Shown one piece after another: positions 40,777 through 53,830 of a stretch of DNA of 64,000 bases. Origin of the DNA: Antechinus flavipes. Taxonomy: Eukaryota. Both the position numbers and the translations under genes were made by a program. The DNA lies in the NCBI RefSeq assembly GCF_016432865.1, contig NC_067399.1, positions 150,784,001 through 150,848,000 on the forward strand. Direction: 5' to 3'. The notes under the pieces are model-generated. The model was not told the origin of the DNA. It saw only the letters and a list, made by a program, of their open reading frames with translations, and made no database searches. Each line of letters starts with the position of its first letter. Position 1 is the stretch's first letter.

Positions 40777-40835
40777 AATAAAGTTATTTCTAATCTATCT
40801 CCTAGTACTCTTGTTATTTGCTTGCCATAAATAAA
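40777..40835 (+). terminator. Candidate distal poly(A) signals of ZC3H6 (twin AATAAA)
   Basis: AATAAA at 40777-40782 and 40830-40835, near the end of the repeat-poor stretch. Confidence 0.3.
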
Positions 40836-42044
40836 ACTATAAAGTCACCTTCCCCACTTCTTTTAGATCACAATCAGAAGCTTCTCAACAATTCAGCTTC
40901 TATTTATTAACCATATTTCTTGGAGTTTATTCAAACTTTTTTTCCTAATTGTGCTTTGCCTAATGACAGTATTTAAAGCTGCTCTCTTGATATCCTTTAA
41001 CAATATAAGCTTTAAAAATCATTTAAAATCTTCCTTGGATATCAATTTTCTTGCTTCTGGAGTTTCTGGTAAAATGACCATTTTTGAAGAAGGGCAAAAG
41101 CCATGCTTGGCCCAGAGTTCATACTGAATCTTAGGGAAAAACCCTAGTTTTCCTTCAGTCCAGTATTCATAGCATCATCAAGAGATAGTCCTTAGTTTTT
41201 TCCTCCAATACCATTCCCTACCCAAGTGATGAAATACAATCCATTCTATTGTTGGACAACTCCAATTTTAGAAATGTGCCCCTCCCTTAAAAATAGCATC
41301 TAGGTGGCAGAGTGGAGTCAAGAAAATGAGAGTTCAAAGCTAGCCTCAGACTAGGTGATCCGTAGACAAGTCACTTAACCTCTGCCTTAGTTTTCTCAAC
41401 TTTAAAATGGAGATATCTAAATTGTTATGAAGCTCAAATGAGATATTTATGAAGTACTTAACATTCTTTCTGGCACACAGTAGATGCTTAATATTTGTTT
41501 CCTTCTTTGAAATAAAATGTGCTTTGTGATCATTTCTACCAAACAATACCAACTTTGCCTCCTGAAATGATACAAAACAAATCTGTTCCATTTTAAACAT
41601 GTTACATGAAATTATTGAGCCATAAATACTTACAATATGAACAATGGCATGACTTCTTTCACATTAATGATTTCCAACCTTTAAGAGGTTACAAGACAGA
41701 TTGTCTTTGGATTTTGAGCAATTAAAGTACCGTGCTTTTAGATTTGCAAAAATGTTTTCTTCACATTTCTGTAGTCATCAGTACAAATATTTATCTCCAT
41801 TTGACCGTTAAGGAAATTGTACTGCATAAAGGTTGTGATTTGTTCATAATCACAAAGATAAAATATCTGAAGCAAGATTTTAGCCCAGCTCTCTTGAGTC
41901 CAAGCCTAGAACTCTTTTATGTTCTACCACTTCATGGCATATGTTTAATAGTATTAAAATGAATTAATGTTTTCAATATTTTGAGAATGTTGCAATGTTC
42001 TTTGAGATAATAAGAGACATGGAGATTAAAAAAAAAAACCCACA

Positions 42045-42180
42045 GGGGCAGCTGAGTGGGGCAATGGATAGAGCATCAGCCCTTAAGTCAGGAGGACCTA
42101 AATTCAAATCTGATCTCAGGCACTTGATAATTCCTGGTTGTGGACCCTGGACAAGTCACTTCAACTGCCTCAAAAAAAAA
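42045..42180 (+). mobile_element. WSINE1-type SINE
   Basis: ggggcagctgagtgg..aagtcaggaggacctaaattcaaatc..gcctcaaaaaaaaa. Confidence 0.8.
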
Positions 42181-42759
42181 GTTGAAAATCAGTGTTTTAG
42201 AAATATCTAGGCAGGGTTTGGTTTGGTTTGGTTTGGTTTTTCTGAATGTAATAAATTCTCCATGTAGTTGCTATCAATGGGTAATAAGTAGACAGGTAGC
42301 TGGTTTCACTGCCAGGGAATAAATGTACCTTAGCTCAGTTCTCCTGTAAGTGAAGCTAGGATCCTTCACAGTGTGATTTCACAGTACCACATTGATTTTT
42401 CCAATGGTTAAGTACTGTGGTTGAGTGAAAAGAATCTCAGAATTGAAATATGTAAACTGTGTTTTATTTACTATCCCCTAGTTTCCCCTATCAAGACCAT
42501 AAATGAATTAAAAATTAGTATTCAGGCTGAATTGGATAAGTATGTGCACAAAAATGGAGACTTGAAACCTATGTTTTGAATTGACAATAGTAACATACAT
42601 TTAAATTCAGCATTTATTAGGATAAACATAAGACAAAAACATGTTTCAGCAGCTTTGAATAGAGATAATGCCATATCTCTGAGTCTGCTGAAAATTTCCA
42701 CAATTTCTAATCTATCCTAATGATTCTCATGCCCATTCTTCAGATTGATCCACTGGTAC

Positions 42760-44830
42760 ACAAGCTTTTCCTAAAAGATCATTCTGCTGAGAATTGTGGG
42801 AAGCTGGCAGCATAATGGAAACCAGAAAGTCCATATCCTCCATATATACCCCAATAATGTTTTAAAATTTCACCAGGTGGGAAAATGATAAATAAAACCA
42901 AAGGCTGTTAATGCTTCTGTCCAAAGCAGAACAACACAAAAAGATCTGCTGTAATTCTGTAGAAGTTCAAAGAAGAAAGAAGAGGTAAATAGAAGACAAA
43001 GTGCAAAACAATTCAGTTCTATAGCAGTAGTCAGGAAAAGAGGAGCACCTGGCCCGTGGTAACTTTTAAGTACCCAGCAATGGCAAGCAACAGGGCTAGA
43101 CCAGTATCCAAGAAACTGTGCCCAATCCAAAACCCTCCAAAAAAGAATAACTCCGAATTCAAGTAAAGCCTCAGAGGAAAAGAATGTCCTGGCCAGAAGG
43201 ACTACAATACAAAAGTTACAAAATGAAAGAGCTAGGAAGGATAGAATGGCAAAAAAAAATATAATGTTTACAAATAGATAGTATTAAACCTTGTCCAAGA
43301 ATTGAGTCCCTGAAAATTAAAATGAGCCAAACAAAAAAAACAGGTACATGAGCCAACAAAGAATAGTACAATTAAAATGTTGACAGGTAAAAAAGGGGAA
43401 ATGCCACAAAATAATCCAAGAATCATCAGACTACCTGAAAATGACAATCTTCCCTCTACTCCACACCACCCTCAAGTTGTATTTTAAGATATCATAACTG
43501 AAAATTCCCTGGATCTTTTAGAACCAGAAGAGAAAGTTAAACATAGGAAGAATACAGAGATTACTCCCTGCAAGAAACCTTAAAATGAAAACTCCCAGGA
43601 ACATGATAACCAAAATTCAGAGCTTCCAGGTTAAAAAAAAAATAAAGCAAAGTTAGTTTAAGTGCCAAGGAGTCACAATAAGGATCACACAAGATCTGAC
43701 AGTGACCAGTATGAAGGTCAGGAGAGCTTGGAATATGATATTCCAAAAAGCACACTTACAAGCAAGAATAATTTATCCAGAAAAATAATAGAGTAGAATT
43801 CTAGTTAGGGTGGGTTAATGAAAATTAAAATATTTTCAAGCATTCCTGATATAAAGAAAAAATCTGAGTAAATTCTTTGAGATGGAAACACAATAAGGAA
43901 TAAACATTTATGTAGCACCTATTACATTCCAAGTACCATGAGACAAGAGCAACATAAAAATACAAACATCAGATATGGAAAGGAACTATATGATAATGGA
44001 AAAAGACACAAGTATCTTCTCAGAATCATAATGTCATAGAGAAGGTGATATATGATAGATGGCATTGGGGTGGGGTTTTTATGTCTTTAGGCAGAGGGAA
44101 ATAGGAGGGATAGGGAACTATACCGAAAAGTAAAGGAAAATAAAGGAAACAACTATCTTATATAAATAGGGTTGCATAAAGTGAAGAGTATATAGGCACA
44201 GAGGACCAGGCATTAATAATGCCTTTACCTAAATTATACAAAGGAAAGTGAAAAATACAAGCCTGCACACACACACACACACAAAACACTAATTGTGTTG
44301 TGNNNNNNNNNNNNNNNNNNNNNNNNNNNNNNNNNNNNNNNNNNNNNNNNNNNNNNNNNNNNNNNNNNNNNNNNNNNNNNNNNNNNNNNNNNNNNNNNNN
44401 NNNNNNNNNNNNNNNNNNNNNNNNNNNNNNNNNNNNNNNNNNNNNNNNNNNNNNNNNNNNNNNNNNNNNNNNNNNNNNNNNNNNNNNNNNNNNNNNNNNN
44501 NNNNNNNNNNNNNNNNNNNNNNNNNNNNNNNNNNNNNNNNNNNNAGAGAGACAGAGACAGAATATGAAAGGTTAGAGCAGATGAGAAGATAGAGCAGATG
44601 AGAAGATAGAGCAGTATAGGGGAAGGTTTAATCACAAAACAATAGGAAGGGGTGTGAAGAGGATATTAAAAGGAAAAAAGAAAAAAAAAAACCTTCAATT
44701 GAGTGGGAAAAGAGAGAAAGTGGAAAGGGAAAACAGATCATGTCCTAGAAAAGGGAGAAATAGCAAAGGGAGCAGAGTTAGCTTCCCACCCTTTAAATTA
44801 AGAACAGGGCTAACTTGAAATTATAATTCT
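42760..44830 (+). mobile_element. Degraded L1 (5' region, ORF1 and spacer), spanning the assembly gap
   Basis: 43420-43800 decodes to ORF1-like IIRLPE..ENSLDLLEPE..KTPRNMITKIQSFQVK with frameshifts. Confidence 0.7.
44303..44544. other. Assembly gap (242 N) between (CA)n- and (AG)n-rich flanks
   Basis: Direct reading. Confidence 1.
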
Positions 44831-44835
44831 GAAAG

Positions 44836-45150
44836 ACTGGTTGGTTTAGTTCTTGTCCTTCGTTCTCAAAGAGGACCCAAATGACATTATTGTGTTAGAG
44901 TCAAGTTATAGTATATCCAATGTGGCTGACCAATATGAGCCCGGAATGCTCTGCCATTCCGGTTGGACACGAATAGTCCATATGAATATTCAGGCATGGC
45001 TTCTCCAATTCTGAACATCTCTGAGCCAATTCATGTGTCTTGCTCATAGAGCACAGCACCTTCTCTGATGAGGGGGTGCCATGCTGGATGGTCCTTGGTG
45101 TCCCCCATGTCATAGAATCAATTCTAAAGTTCTTAAGTGAGACCTTGAGA
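44836..45150 (-). mobile_element. RTE-family LINE/SINE 3' fragment
   Basis: gtccttcgttctcaaagaggacc..aaatgacat resembles the antisense 3' end of marsupial RTE-related elements. Confidence 0.55.
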
Positions 45151-45433
45151 TCTCAGATTCAGCCCCCTGAGGGCTCTTTCCCTCTGAACCTTCAAAATGT
45201 TCTAGTTAGTTTACATTAGCCAAAGGTATAGAATAGTTATACTGGAGCACCAGCCAGGGGTAAATCTAGAGCTGTGTTGCCCACACCCAAAAAAGGGTCT
45301 TAAGCCTAGAAGGTCTAGGGTTAAATATCCTCATCTCTAAAATGAGAAGATTGGACTAACTGACCTTAAATTGTCTTCCAGCTCTGATCAATAATCTCTT
45401 GGGCCAACAATTTTTTTTTTAAATATTTTTTCA

Positions 45434-45552
45434 GGGGGCAGCAAGATAGTGTAATGGTTAGAGTACCTGCCCTGATGTCAGGAGGACCTGAGTTCAAATC
45501 TAGCCTCAGACACTTCATACCTCCTAACTGTGTGCCCCTGGGTAAGTCACTT
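45434..45552 (+). mobile_element. WSINE1-type SINE broken off by an LTR
   Basis: SINE sequence ends at gtaagtcactt, immediately before the LTR TG. Confidence 0.8.
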
Positions 45553-46442
45553 TGAAGAGGGGACCCCGAAACTCTGAAAATCCTTGAAGGAGAAAATATC
45601 CTTCAATTCTGCCTCAATAAGAGACCCTGCCCCAAGTCCTTTTTCCCTTAAATGAATTTAAATTTTAATTGCTTGAGTGGGGAATGAAGCGGGTTATGGT
45701 CCCTTTAAGAAACTATTTCCTATTGATTTGTGATTCCTTTCAGATTCCCAGCCCCTCCAGGCTGAGGCATTTCAGTCCAGGAAGCCAAGGCCTTTGATTC
45801 ACAAATCCTGATCAAAAGTATCCCTTTGAATTTCAATAGGAATTTCAATAGGAGATACAGGCTTGTCCCAGTCCCCACTGTATCTGAGCCAACTTGGGCT
45901 CTCCCAGCCCCCACAGGTTTTGATCTACTGTGGTTGTCCCAGCCCCCATTCTGATGATCTGCTCAGGTTTCCCAAAACTCACCAAGACAAGCAATATAAT
46001 GAGCTTCCATCAACTAATTTGCAGATGGAGCTTGGCAGTTCCCTTTACTGACAGGACCTTCTGCCCACTGAGAACTGCATTTTCAGTGCAAAACTCCATT
46101 TTCTATAGATCTGCCCGCAGGAATAATCTTTTCCAGTGCCATCCTTTCTTTATCCTCACTTATTTCCCTAACCAGACTTTATGCTTCCAATCCCCATAAT
46201 AAACCTCTTTTATCAATCTAGATTTTTGGGTCTGTAAATTCCTTTGCAGAGGGCCTCTGTGCTGCCAGAAGGGCGTCCCAAAAACTCCCTACCCTTGCGC
46301 CAAATCCCAAGAGGTTGCAGAGGAGCCAAATCTCTCCATTTGGTTCTCTGAACCTCGAACCTGCCACTAGACCTTATTATTTAACTCCCTGACCACCAGA
46401 AACCCAAATTTCATTTTGGTTCCCTAAATCTAAACCTCATCA
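45553..46442 (+). mobile_element. Solo ERV LTR (~890 bp)
   Basis: TGAAG...CATCA termini; AATAAA at 46198-46203; homologous to 58310-58825 (gtcccagccccca, ttgcagatgg, tcagtgc.aaaactccattt). Confidence 0.75.
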
Positions 46443-47495
46443 AAACCACAGATTGAATTCCTATCCCTAATGGTTAATTATATAGTATTAGGTTTAAAAA
46501 CCATAGCACAATACCTTTTAACTGATCTAACCTCTGAAATTGGCCTCTGTTGAACAAAAAAAGGGCTAGTTTGAGACTTTTCATTAAAAAATCAAACAAA
46601 TATCACCTCTCTGAACTTGTACAAGTATGTATTCTTTTTTCACATTAGGGTAAAGGTTTTCACATTAGCTTCAAAATTAAAACACACAATTCTGATAAAC
46701 TGGCAGGGAGAGTGACTAGTGATAATTGTTTGCTAATTAGCCCAACTTTTTGGGCTAGACACTGGGGAGGAAGAAGGAAGAAGAGGGCAGGGAGGGAAAG
46801 TTCAGTCACATTTATACAGGATCTTACAAAATGTTTCCCTCACACAGTGAGGTATCCTATATATCCCCATTTTATAGATAGCAAATTGAGGCTCAGGGAC
46901 TTTTATGTAGTATCCTTTCTGGGATTATTCCAATCTCTTTGTAGAGGGCAGCTCATTACTATTTTTAAAGGGTATCCCGAGAGACTGAGTTTCTAGTATT
47001 GTAGATCACAAGGTGTGTTCACTAACAATTACTCCTCATCTACAAGAAGAAAACTTCCAAGATATAGTATCCCAAAAATACAGGTTCTACAGGGAAAACA
47101 CAAAGTCAGTGAGGCAATTCACAACCTCTAGTTACTGGAAGTTCTCCTGTCAACCTTTCCAGAATCCCCCTACATATAATTCCATGCTTGAGCTTCTATA
47201 GGAACTTCCTATGACAGGTTGCATTTCCTAAAGCTACCTCTCCTCAGGACGTGTCCATCTCCTACTGAGCTATTCTTTCCAATGACATGGTCAGTTGGTG
47301 TCACGGAGGAAGGGAAGGAAGAAGGAGAAGAAAATAATTCTCCCTTCCCCCTCCCTAAAAGGAATAATTTCCTTGGCTTTGAACTGCAACCTGGGATTCT
47401 TCTACCACTAAGTCAACTCAGCCTACTGCATAGTCATCTTTTTACTTATAGTACCAGAGGATTATTTCATTTTTTATTTTTTTCATGTTTTCTCA

Positions 47496-47956
47496 TGTAG
47501 AATTGATATGGTATAGCTTTTAGGGAAATATAGCCGCGGGTTTGAGGTCTTCTGAGCTTGGGGCTTCTACTCTGGCAATCTATCTGATTCCAAAGTCTGA
47601 CCTTGCTCCCCAGACAGTTCTGACAATCTGCCTGATTCTAGAGACCACTCCTTAATTCATTGCTACGGGCAATCTTGTCAATAATAATCTGGTCAACCTG
47701 AGAGCATTCCTTCCTACCTATAAGGTATAGAATTAGCATATGTATGATTGAAAGCTGGATAAATGCATATTTTTGCTTCTATTTCTCTGCTGAGTTCCCT
47801 TACAATTCAGCCTGCTTTGTAACGGTGTTACAATTACTTACAACAAACTCTGCCCCTTGACTAGGAGATGGGTTCAAGCCTGCAAATTCTTTTGACATCT
47901 CATGATACTGGTCTGGGACCCCAAATTTTTGGAGTCCCCCTTTCCCAACCTCAACA
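47496..47956 (+). mobile_element. Possible solo LTR
   Basis: TG...CA ends, tataagg box, partial similarity to 46220-46250; no TSD seen. Confidence 0.4.
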
Positions 47957-48524
47957 GTATCATCTGCCTTTCATCCAATGACCAAAATCTTCTCAAATTG
48001 ATTAAAGTTTTATTCATACCTAATTTATACTTGAATCAACTAATTTAATCAGGGGTCCTGGCTTTTTCTGACTACAGCAATGAAGATGAAGGACAGAGTC
48101 ATTATAAGAAAATTACAAATCTTAACATTTAAAAAGCAAAACATCCACATTATTTTATTATTGTTGTTCAGTCATATCATACTCTTCATTAACCCATGGA
48201 CCAACTGTCCATGGAGTTTTCTTGACAAATATACTGCAGTGATTTTACATTTTTTTTCTCCAGTAGATCCTCTTGTCAGGCACTCAAGGAACTCAGGTCT
48301 TTCTGACTCCAGTTGGAGAGTTTGCTCATTGAACTGAGCTACACAGAGTACTCTATCCACTAAACAATCAGATACCTTATTACAGTGTTTATATAGCAAC
48401 TTAACACAGTCCTGCTTCTACTAGGGAAGATCACCAATCATTTAGTGAATTATAAACTAAATTTGAACAATTTTTCCTTAGGTAAGCAGATGGATTCTTA
48501 TTTACAATTTTCACTTTCTATTCT

Positions 48525-48800
48525 GGTATGGCAGCTAAGTGGCTCACTAGATGGAGTTCTGGGCCTGGAATCAGGAAGATTTCTCTTCCTGTGTTCAAGC
48601 TGGCCTCAGATACTTCCTAGCTATGTGATCCTGGATAAGTCACTTAATTCTGTTTGCCTCAGTTTTCCTATCTGTAAAATGATCTGGAGAAGGAAATGGC
48701 AAACCACTTCAGTATCTTTGCCAAGAAAACTCCAAATGAAGTCATTTTAGTACACAAAATTTATTTATTACATAGTCACAAAAAGTCTGACTGAAAAGTG
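48525..48800 (+). mobile_element. MAR1-type CORE-SINE
   Basis: ggagaaggaaatggcaaaccacttcagtatctttgccaagaaaactcc RTE-like tail. Confidence 0.8.
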
Positions 48801-48977
48801 ATTAATAAAATTCTGGTACATTAAGTAGCATTCTGGATAAGCTATTACTGCCGTTGAAGAAGGGACATTTTCTTTGGGGGTGCTTTTTACCATCCTCTCT
48901 TATTTCTTTATAGATTTTGGAGGGGGCTATGCCCTTCGTGATATATATGGAGTATTGTCTATTTAACCCATTTCCAA

Positions 48978-49540
48978 TGTGAGGGATGAAGAAGACCCTT
49001 ACCCAAAATGACTACTCAGAGATCACTCAGTAGAAAGCAGAAAAGTTATTTATTAATAAATTCTCATGAAAATGAGCAATTCCACTGCGAGGAGGGAAAG
49101 AGAGAAAGCTCGCAGTAGAAGGGCTAAAGATTTAGGAAAGATATACAGTTTTTATAGGTTTGGTTACAAAGGATTACATCATAGGTTGGGGAGCATTGAG
49201 AAATAGGTGCCTTCTCCTCTAATTGAATGTTAAAACATTGGTGCCAAAGGCAGATTAGAACGGAACGCTTTGTTCCCTGATTCCGAGAGGAATCATCAGT
49301 CATACCTTCAAACTTCAGATTACCGAGTTGACGGCATTTAATAATCTAAATATTGATAACATTGAACAAGGATAAATGTCATCATTTCTGGTTAAGTAAA
49401 TATATCTAAAGTTTTAAGTAAATATGGGCTTGCACACACCATACTTATACAGATCATAGAGACATAGAAATAGTAAAAAATACAGAAAAAGAATTTAAAC
49501 ATTCCTGTAAGTTCTTCACTTTATCTCTCCATTCCACACA
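48978..49540 (-). mobile_element. Solo ERV LTR (~560 bp)
   Basis: TGTG...CACA termini, ccaa on both flanks, minus-strand AATAAA and tatA-like box. Confidence 0.6.
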
Positions 49541-49859
49541 CCAATGTGAGTAGGTTTTCAAAACTATGAGCCCTCCTCTCACTTCTAGTGCCTCTGTGTC
49601 TTTTCTTTTTCTGAACCTCATTTGTATAGCATGAATACTATTTTTACTTTTTCCTAGACAGTTTTATTTTTTAGAGTCAGATTATACTGAACTCTCTCCT
49701 AGTATTTCTTTTGAGCTATCCAATTACTGATGTCGAATTTAAACTTGATATACATTTCCATGTTAAAAAACATAAACAATTGATTCTTGAAATAAATCTT
49801 TGATGTTGTCTCTTATATGTTAAATTTTTTCCTTATTTCTTGCAAAAGTTTCTCTTTGA

Positions 49860-50870
49860 TCTGGGGGGTTTCAAAATTTGACAATACTATTCCTATGTGT
49901 TTTCCACAAAGGATCTCTTTGATGTGGCAATTAGTAGGGTTTTTTTTTCCCCATTTCTAACTTTCCCTTCATTGTCTATCTCTTCAGAAGAATTTTCTTG
50001 GATTATTTCTTTCATTGCTGTGTTAAGGTTCTTTTTTTGATCACAGCTTTCAGGTAGTCCAATTTTTTTTCTTCTTGATTTCCTGTCCAGATTTGTTGTT
50101 TTTCTTTTAAGATGTTTCACATTCTGTTCTATTTTTTCATTCTTCATATTTTGTTTTGTTATTTCTTGGTCTCTTGTAGCTTCACTGGCTTCTTCCTCTT
50201 GCCCAGTTCTAATTTTCAGAGAATTATTTTGTTCTTTGAGACTCTCCTTTTCTAGTTGGTTAGCTTTTTTTCATAATTTGTTTTTCTTGCATGGTTTTTA
50301 TTTTATTTTATTTTTAAAATTTTTTCTTCAGTGTTTCTCATTTGATTTTTAAATTCTTTTTTGAGTTCTATAAATTCTTTCTGGGCAGAAAGCTACGTAT
50401 TTATTATTACTCTTTGGAGTAGAAGAAGCTTTTTAATTTTTTTTTATTTTTATCTTTCTCTGAAAATGAACCATGGTCTTCCCTGTTCCCATAGTGAGTT
50501 TCTATGATTGGGCTCTTTCTTTTTTGTTGGTTAATTTTTTAAAATGAGAAGTATTAGTGTGAGTACCTCTAATCATGGCACGGAAAAGCAATACCTCTAG
50601 CTTCACTTCAGCTCTCTCCTCTGACCTGGAACCCCAAATCAAAAGCTGCACTTTCCTACAAATGCCTACAGCCAGCAGCGTCCCTGCATCTTTACCTCCT
50701 CACTCACTAGTTGTGCTAGTTCCTTTTCGCCCAAGGTTACCTCTCTGTGTTACAGCTGGGCCTGGTATTCCCAATCCAGGTTCCCTTTGTCTTCCCAGAC
50801 AGACCCATACCACACATAGTTCAGGAAGTGAAAGTTTCTGTGGTTCCTGCTAGGGCTTGGGCCAAAACTG
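49860..50870 (-). mobile_element. L1 5' UTR and ORF1 remnant
   Basis: ORF 49893..50147 (KTTNLDRKSRRKKIGLPESCDQKKNL) resembles L1 ORF1p. Confidence 0.8.
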
Positions 50871-51221
50871 CAAGAGGAGACCAATTAAGCAATTATGAGA
50901 GATGTCCATTCAAGTGCTATGGCTGCCAAACTTATATTAGGCCAAGATATGGGATTCTGTATAAGATGAGATGTAGAAAAAATACCTGTCTTTCCATTAT
51001 AGCGCACTATACCACATTGTAAAACAAGTTATATTCATTATCTAATCTGAGCCCCGCCAAAATCCTATGATGGATAAGGATTCCACAGATGAGATTCAAA
51101 AAGATGAGGTGACTTAGTTATTATAATATCACTAATATTGTAACTTGTGATTCAGTAATTCTTTTTTTTAGGTTAAGTGATTAATATTGGCAAAAATTTT
51201 TAAGGCATTAAATAAACATAG

Positions 51222-51785
51222 TTAGGGGCAGCTAGGTGACACAGTAGATACAATGCTGATACTAGAAACTGAGTTCAAATTTGGTCTTAGATACTTACTA
51301 GCTGTGTAACTCTAGGCAAATTATTTAACTGTTTGCCTTAGTTTTCTCTTCTATAAAATAAGTTGGAGAAGGAAATGGCAAACCACTCTAATACCTTCCC
51401 CAAGAAACGAATGTGAACTATCTGCATTTTTGTTTTTCTTCCCGGGTTATTTATACCTTCTGAATCCAATTCTCCCTATGCAACAAGAGAACTGTTCGGT
51501 TCTGCAAACATATATTGTATCTAGGATATACTGCAACATATCCAACATATAAAGGACTGCTTGCCATCTAGGGGAGGGGGTGGAGGGAGGGAGGGGGAAA
51601 AAAATTGGAACAGGAAACGAGTGCAAAGGATAATGTTGTAAAAAAAAAAAATTACCCTGGCATGGATTCTGTCAATATAAAGTAATTATTAAATAAAAAT
51701 TAAAAAAAATAAATAAATACCTTCCCCAAGAAAATCCTCAAAAGAGTTTTGAAGAGTCAGATACAACTGAAAAACAACTAAACAA
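51222..51785 (+). mobile_element. MAR1-type SINE interrupted by a young L1
   Basis: Head at 51222; tail resumes after 51733. Confidence 0.75.
51408..51715 (+). mobile_element. 5'-truncated young L1 3' end with 18-bp TSD
   Basis: aataccttccccaagaaa at 51390-51407 and 51716-51733; A-rich tail. Confidence 0.9.
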
Positions 51786-53541
51786 CAAAATATATAAAAC
51801 TATATATAGGGAAGTATATATTATATCAATCAAATTCTTTTTTCTTTCTCTTTCTCTCTAACTCAGTTTCAATTGATCAAGAATGGACAGAAGCAGCAAC
51901 ACCCAAAGAAAGAACCCTGGGAAATGAATGTAAACTGTTTGCATTTTTGTTTTTCTGCCCAGGTTATTTATACCTTCTAAATCCAATTCTTCCTGTGCAA
52001 CAAGAGAACTGTTCGGTTCTACACACATATATTGTATCTAGGATATACGGTGACATATTCAACATGTATAGGACTGCTTGCCATCTGGGGGAGGGAGTGA
52101 AGGGAGAGAGGAGAAAAGTCCGAACAGAAGTGAAAGCAAGGGATAATGTTGTAAAAAAAATTATCCAGGAATGGGTTCTGTCAATAAAAAGTTATAATAA
52201 AAAAAGAAAAAAAAAAAGAATGAACATGTATAATCAACAAAAAAGACAAAGAAATCTAGTCTGTAAAAAAACTTAGCAACTCTGATCAACACAGCAAACC
52301 TCCACAATTCCAAAAAACTCGTGATGAAAAAATGATATCTACCTCCAGAGAGAAAACTAATAGACTCAGAATGCAAATTGAAAATAGATTTTTTTTCCTT
52401 TTTTTTTAAACATATAACTAATATAGAAATGTGTTTTGCATGACTTCATATTTATAGTGGGTTTCGTATTTCTTGCCTTTCCAATGAGTGGAGGTAGAGT
52501 TTGAATTAAGAAAAAAATCTGAAATGGATAATAAAATGTAACTTAATTTTAAATGATAATAATAGCACCTACCTTCTAGGATTATTATGAGGATTAAATG
52601 AAATATTTACTAAGTGCTATGTAAACCTTAAAGTGCAAGATAAATGCTAGTTAGCATAATTATGATTTGCTTTTATTTCCCTCTTTCATGCCTTATATGT
52701 AAATATTTACTCTTTGCAGCCAACTTTACATAGATAGTAGAATCAACTCCCATTCATACAAAGTCTTCACTAATTCAATTCAACAATTTAACAAACCACC
52801 TACTATATGCTAGTGCTAAGTGCTAAGGAGACAGACAAAAACGGGACAATCTTTAATTTCAGAAGAAGGGGAAGTTTTCTTCCATTCCACTGAGTGGAGT
52901 AAAATAACATATGGACAAGTGTAATCCATGGAAAACTGAGAAGAGGAAGAATAATAAGAGATTGGGAAGGGAATCAGGAAAGGTAACAATCAAAGCGTTT
53001 ATCAAGTGTTTACTATGTACCAAGCACTGTGCTAAGGGCTAGATATGTAAAGACAAAAAAGACAGGCCCTGCTTTTAACTGGTTCACAGCCTAATGGGGA
53101 AAATAAAATGCAAATTACACATACAGCATATATTGGAGATAATCACCAGAAGACAATAGCATTAAGAGGGGAGAGTATGTGACTAGGAAAGGCTTCATGG
53201 AGAAGACAACCACAGATGAGACCTGAAGGAAGCCAAGAAAATCAGGAGGTGGAAATGAGAAGAGAAAGGAATACAGATATGGGAATTGCAAATGAAAATG
53301 CCTGGAGTCAGGAAATGGTGACCTAGGAACAGAAAATAAGTAGGAAGAGGCCATGTTATGAAGGTCTTTCTTTTTTACAAGCTTCTCATTTTCAAAACAT
53401 ATACATAGATTGTTTTCAACATTTACCGTTGCAAAACCTTATGTTCCAAGTTTTTTTTTCTCACATCCTTCTCTCCATCTCCTCCCCTAGATGGCAAGTA
53501 ATCCAATATATGTAAAACGTGTAATTCTTCTGTACAAATTT
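51665..53541 (+). repeat. 1.88-kb near-identical duplication, copy 1 (copy 2 at 55592-57471)
   Basis: Offset 3927 rising to 3930; I count 5 substitutions and 2 homopolymer indels. Confidence 0.95.
51862..52218 (+). mobile_element. L1 3' end with poly(A) (second copy about 55789-56146)
   Basis: gatcaagaatggacagaagcagc...ctgtcaataaaaagttataataaaaaaa. Confidence 0.85.
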
Positions 53542-53830
53542 CCACAATTATCTTGCTACACAAGAAAAATTAGATCAAAAAGGGAAAAAATGAGAAAGAA
53601 AACAAAATCTAAGCAAACAACGAAAGTGAAAATACTATGTTGTGATCCACACTCGGTCCCTACTGCCTCTCTGCCTCTGACAGTGCAAATGGATGCAGAT
53701 GGCATTCTTCATCACAAGACCATTGGAACTCCCTGAGTCACCTTGCTGTTGAAAAGAGCCACATCCATCAGAATTGATTATCATATAATTTTTGCTGTTG
53801 CTGTGTACAATGTTCTCTTGATTCTTTGTA
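53367..53830 (-). mobile_element. L1 3' UTR fragment inserted in an antisense L2 (about 52990-54270)
   Basis: Same antisense L1 3' end as 27-420. Confidence 0.8.

Larger units (their letters stand above)
33470..40835 (+). other. Probable long ZC3H6 3' UTR (3' end uncertain)
   Basis: Follows the stop codon; AU-rich and nearly free of recognisable TEs; AATAAA at 33745, 33877, 34901, 35333, 38737, 40777 and 40830. Confidence 0.5.

Noticed and set aside
44234-44635. Several ORFs spanning the N run
   Set aside because: Artefacts of translating the assembly gap.
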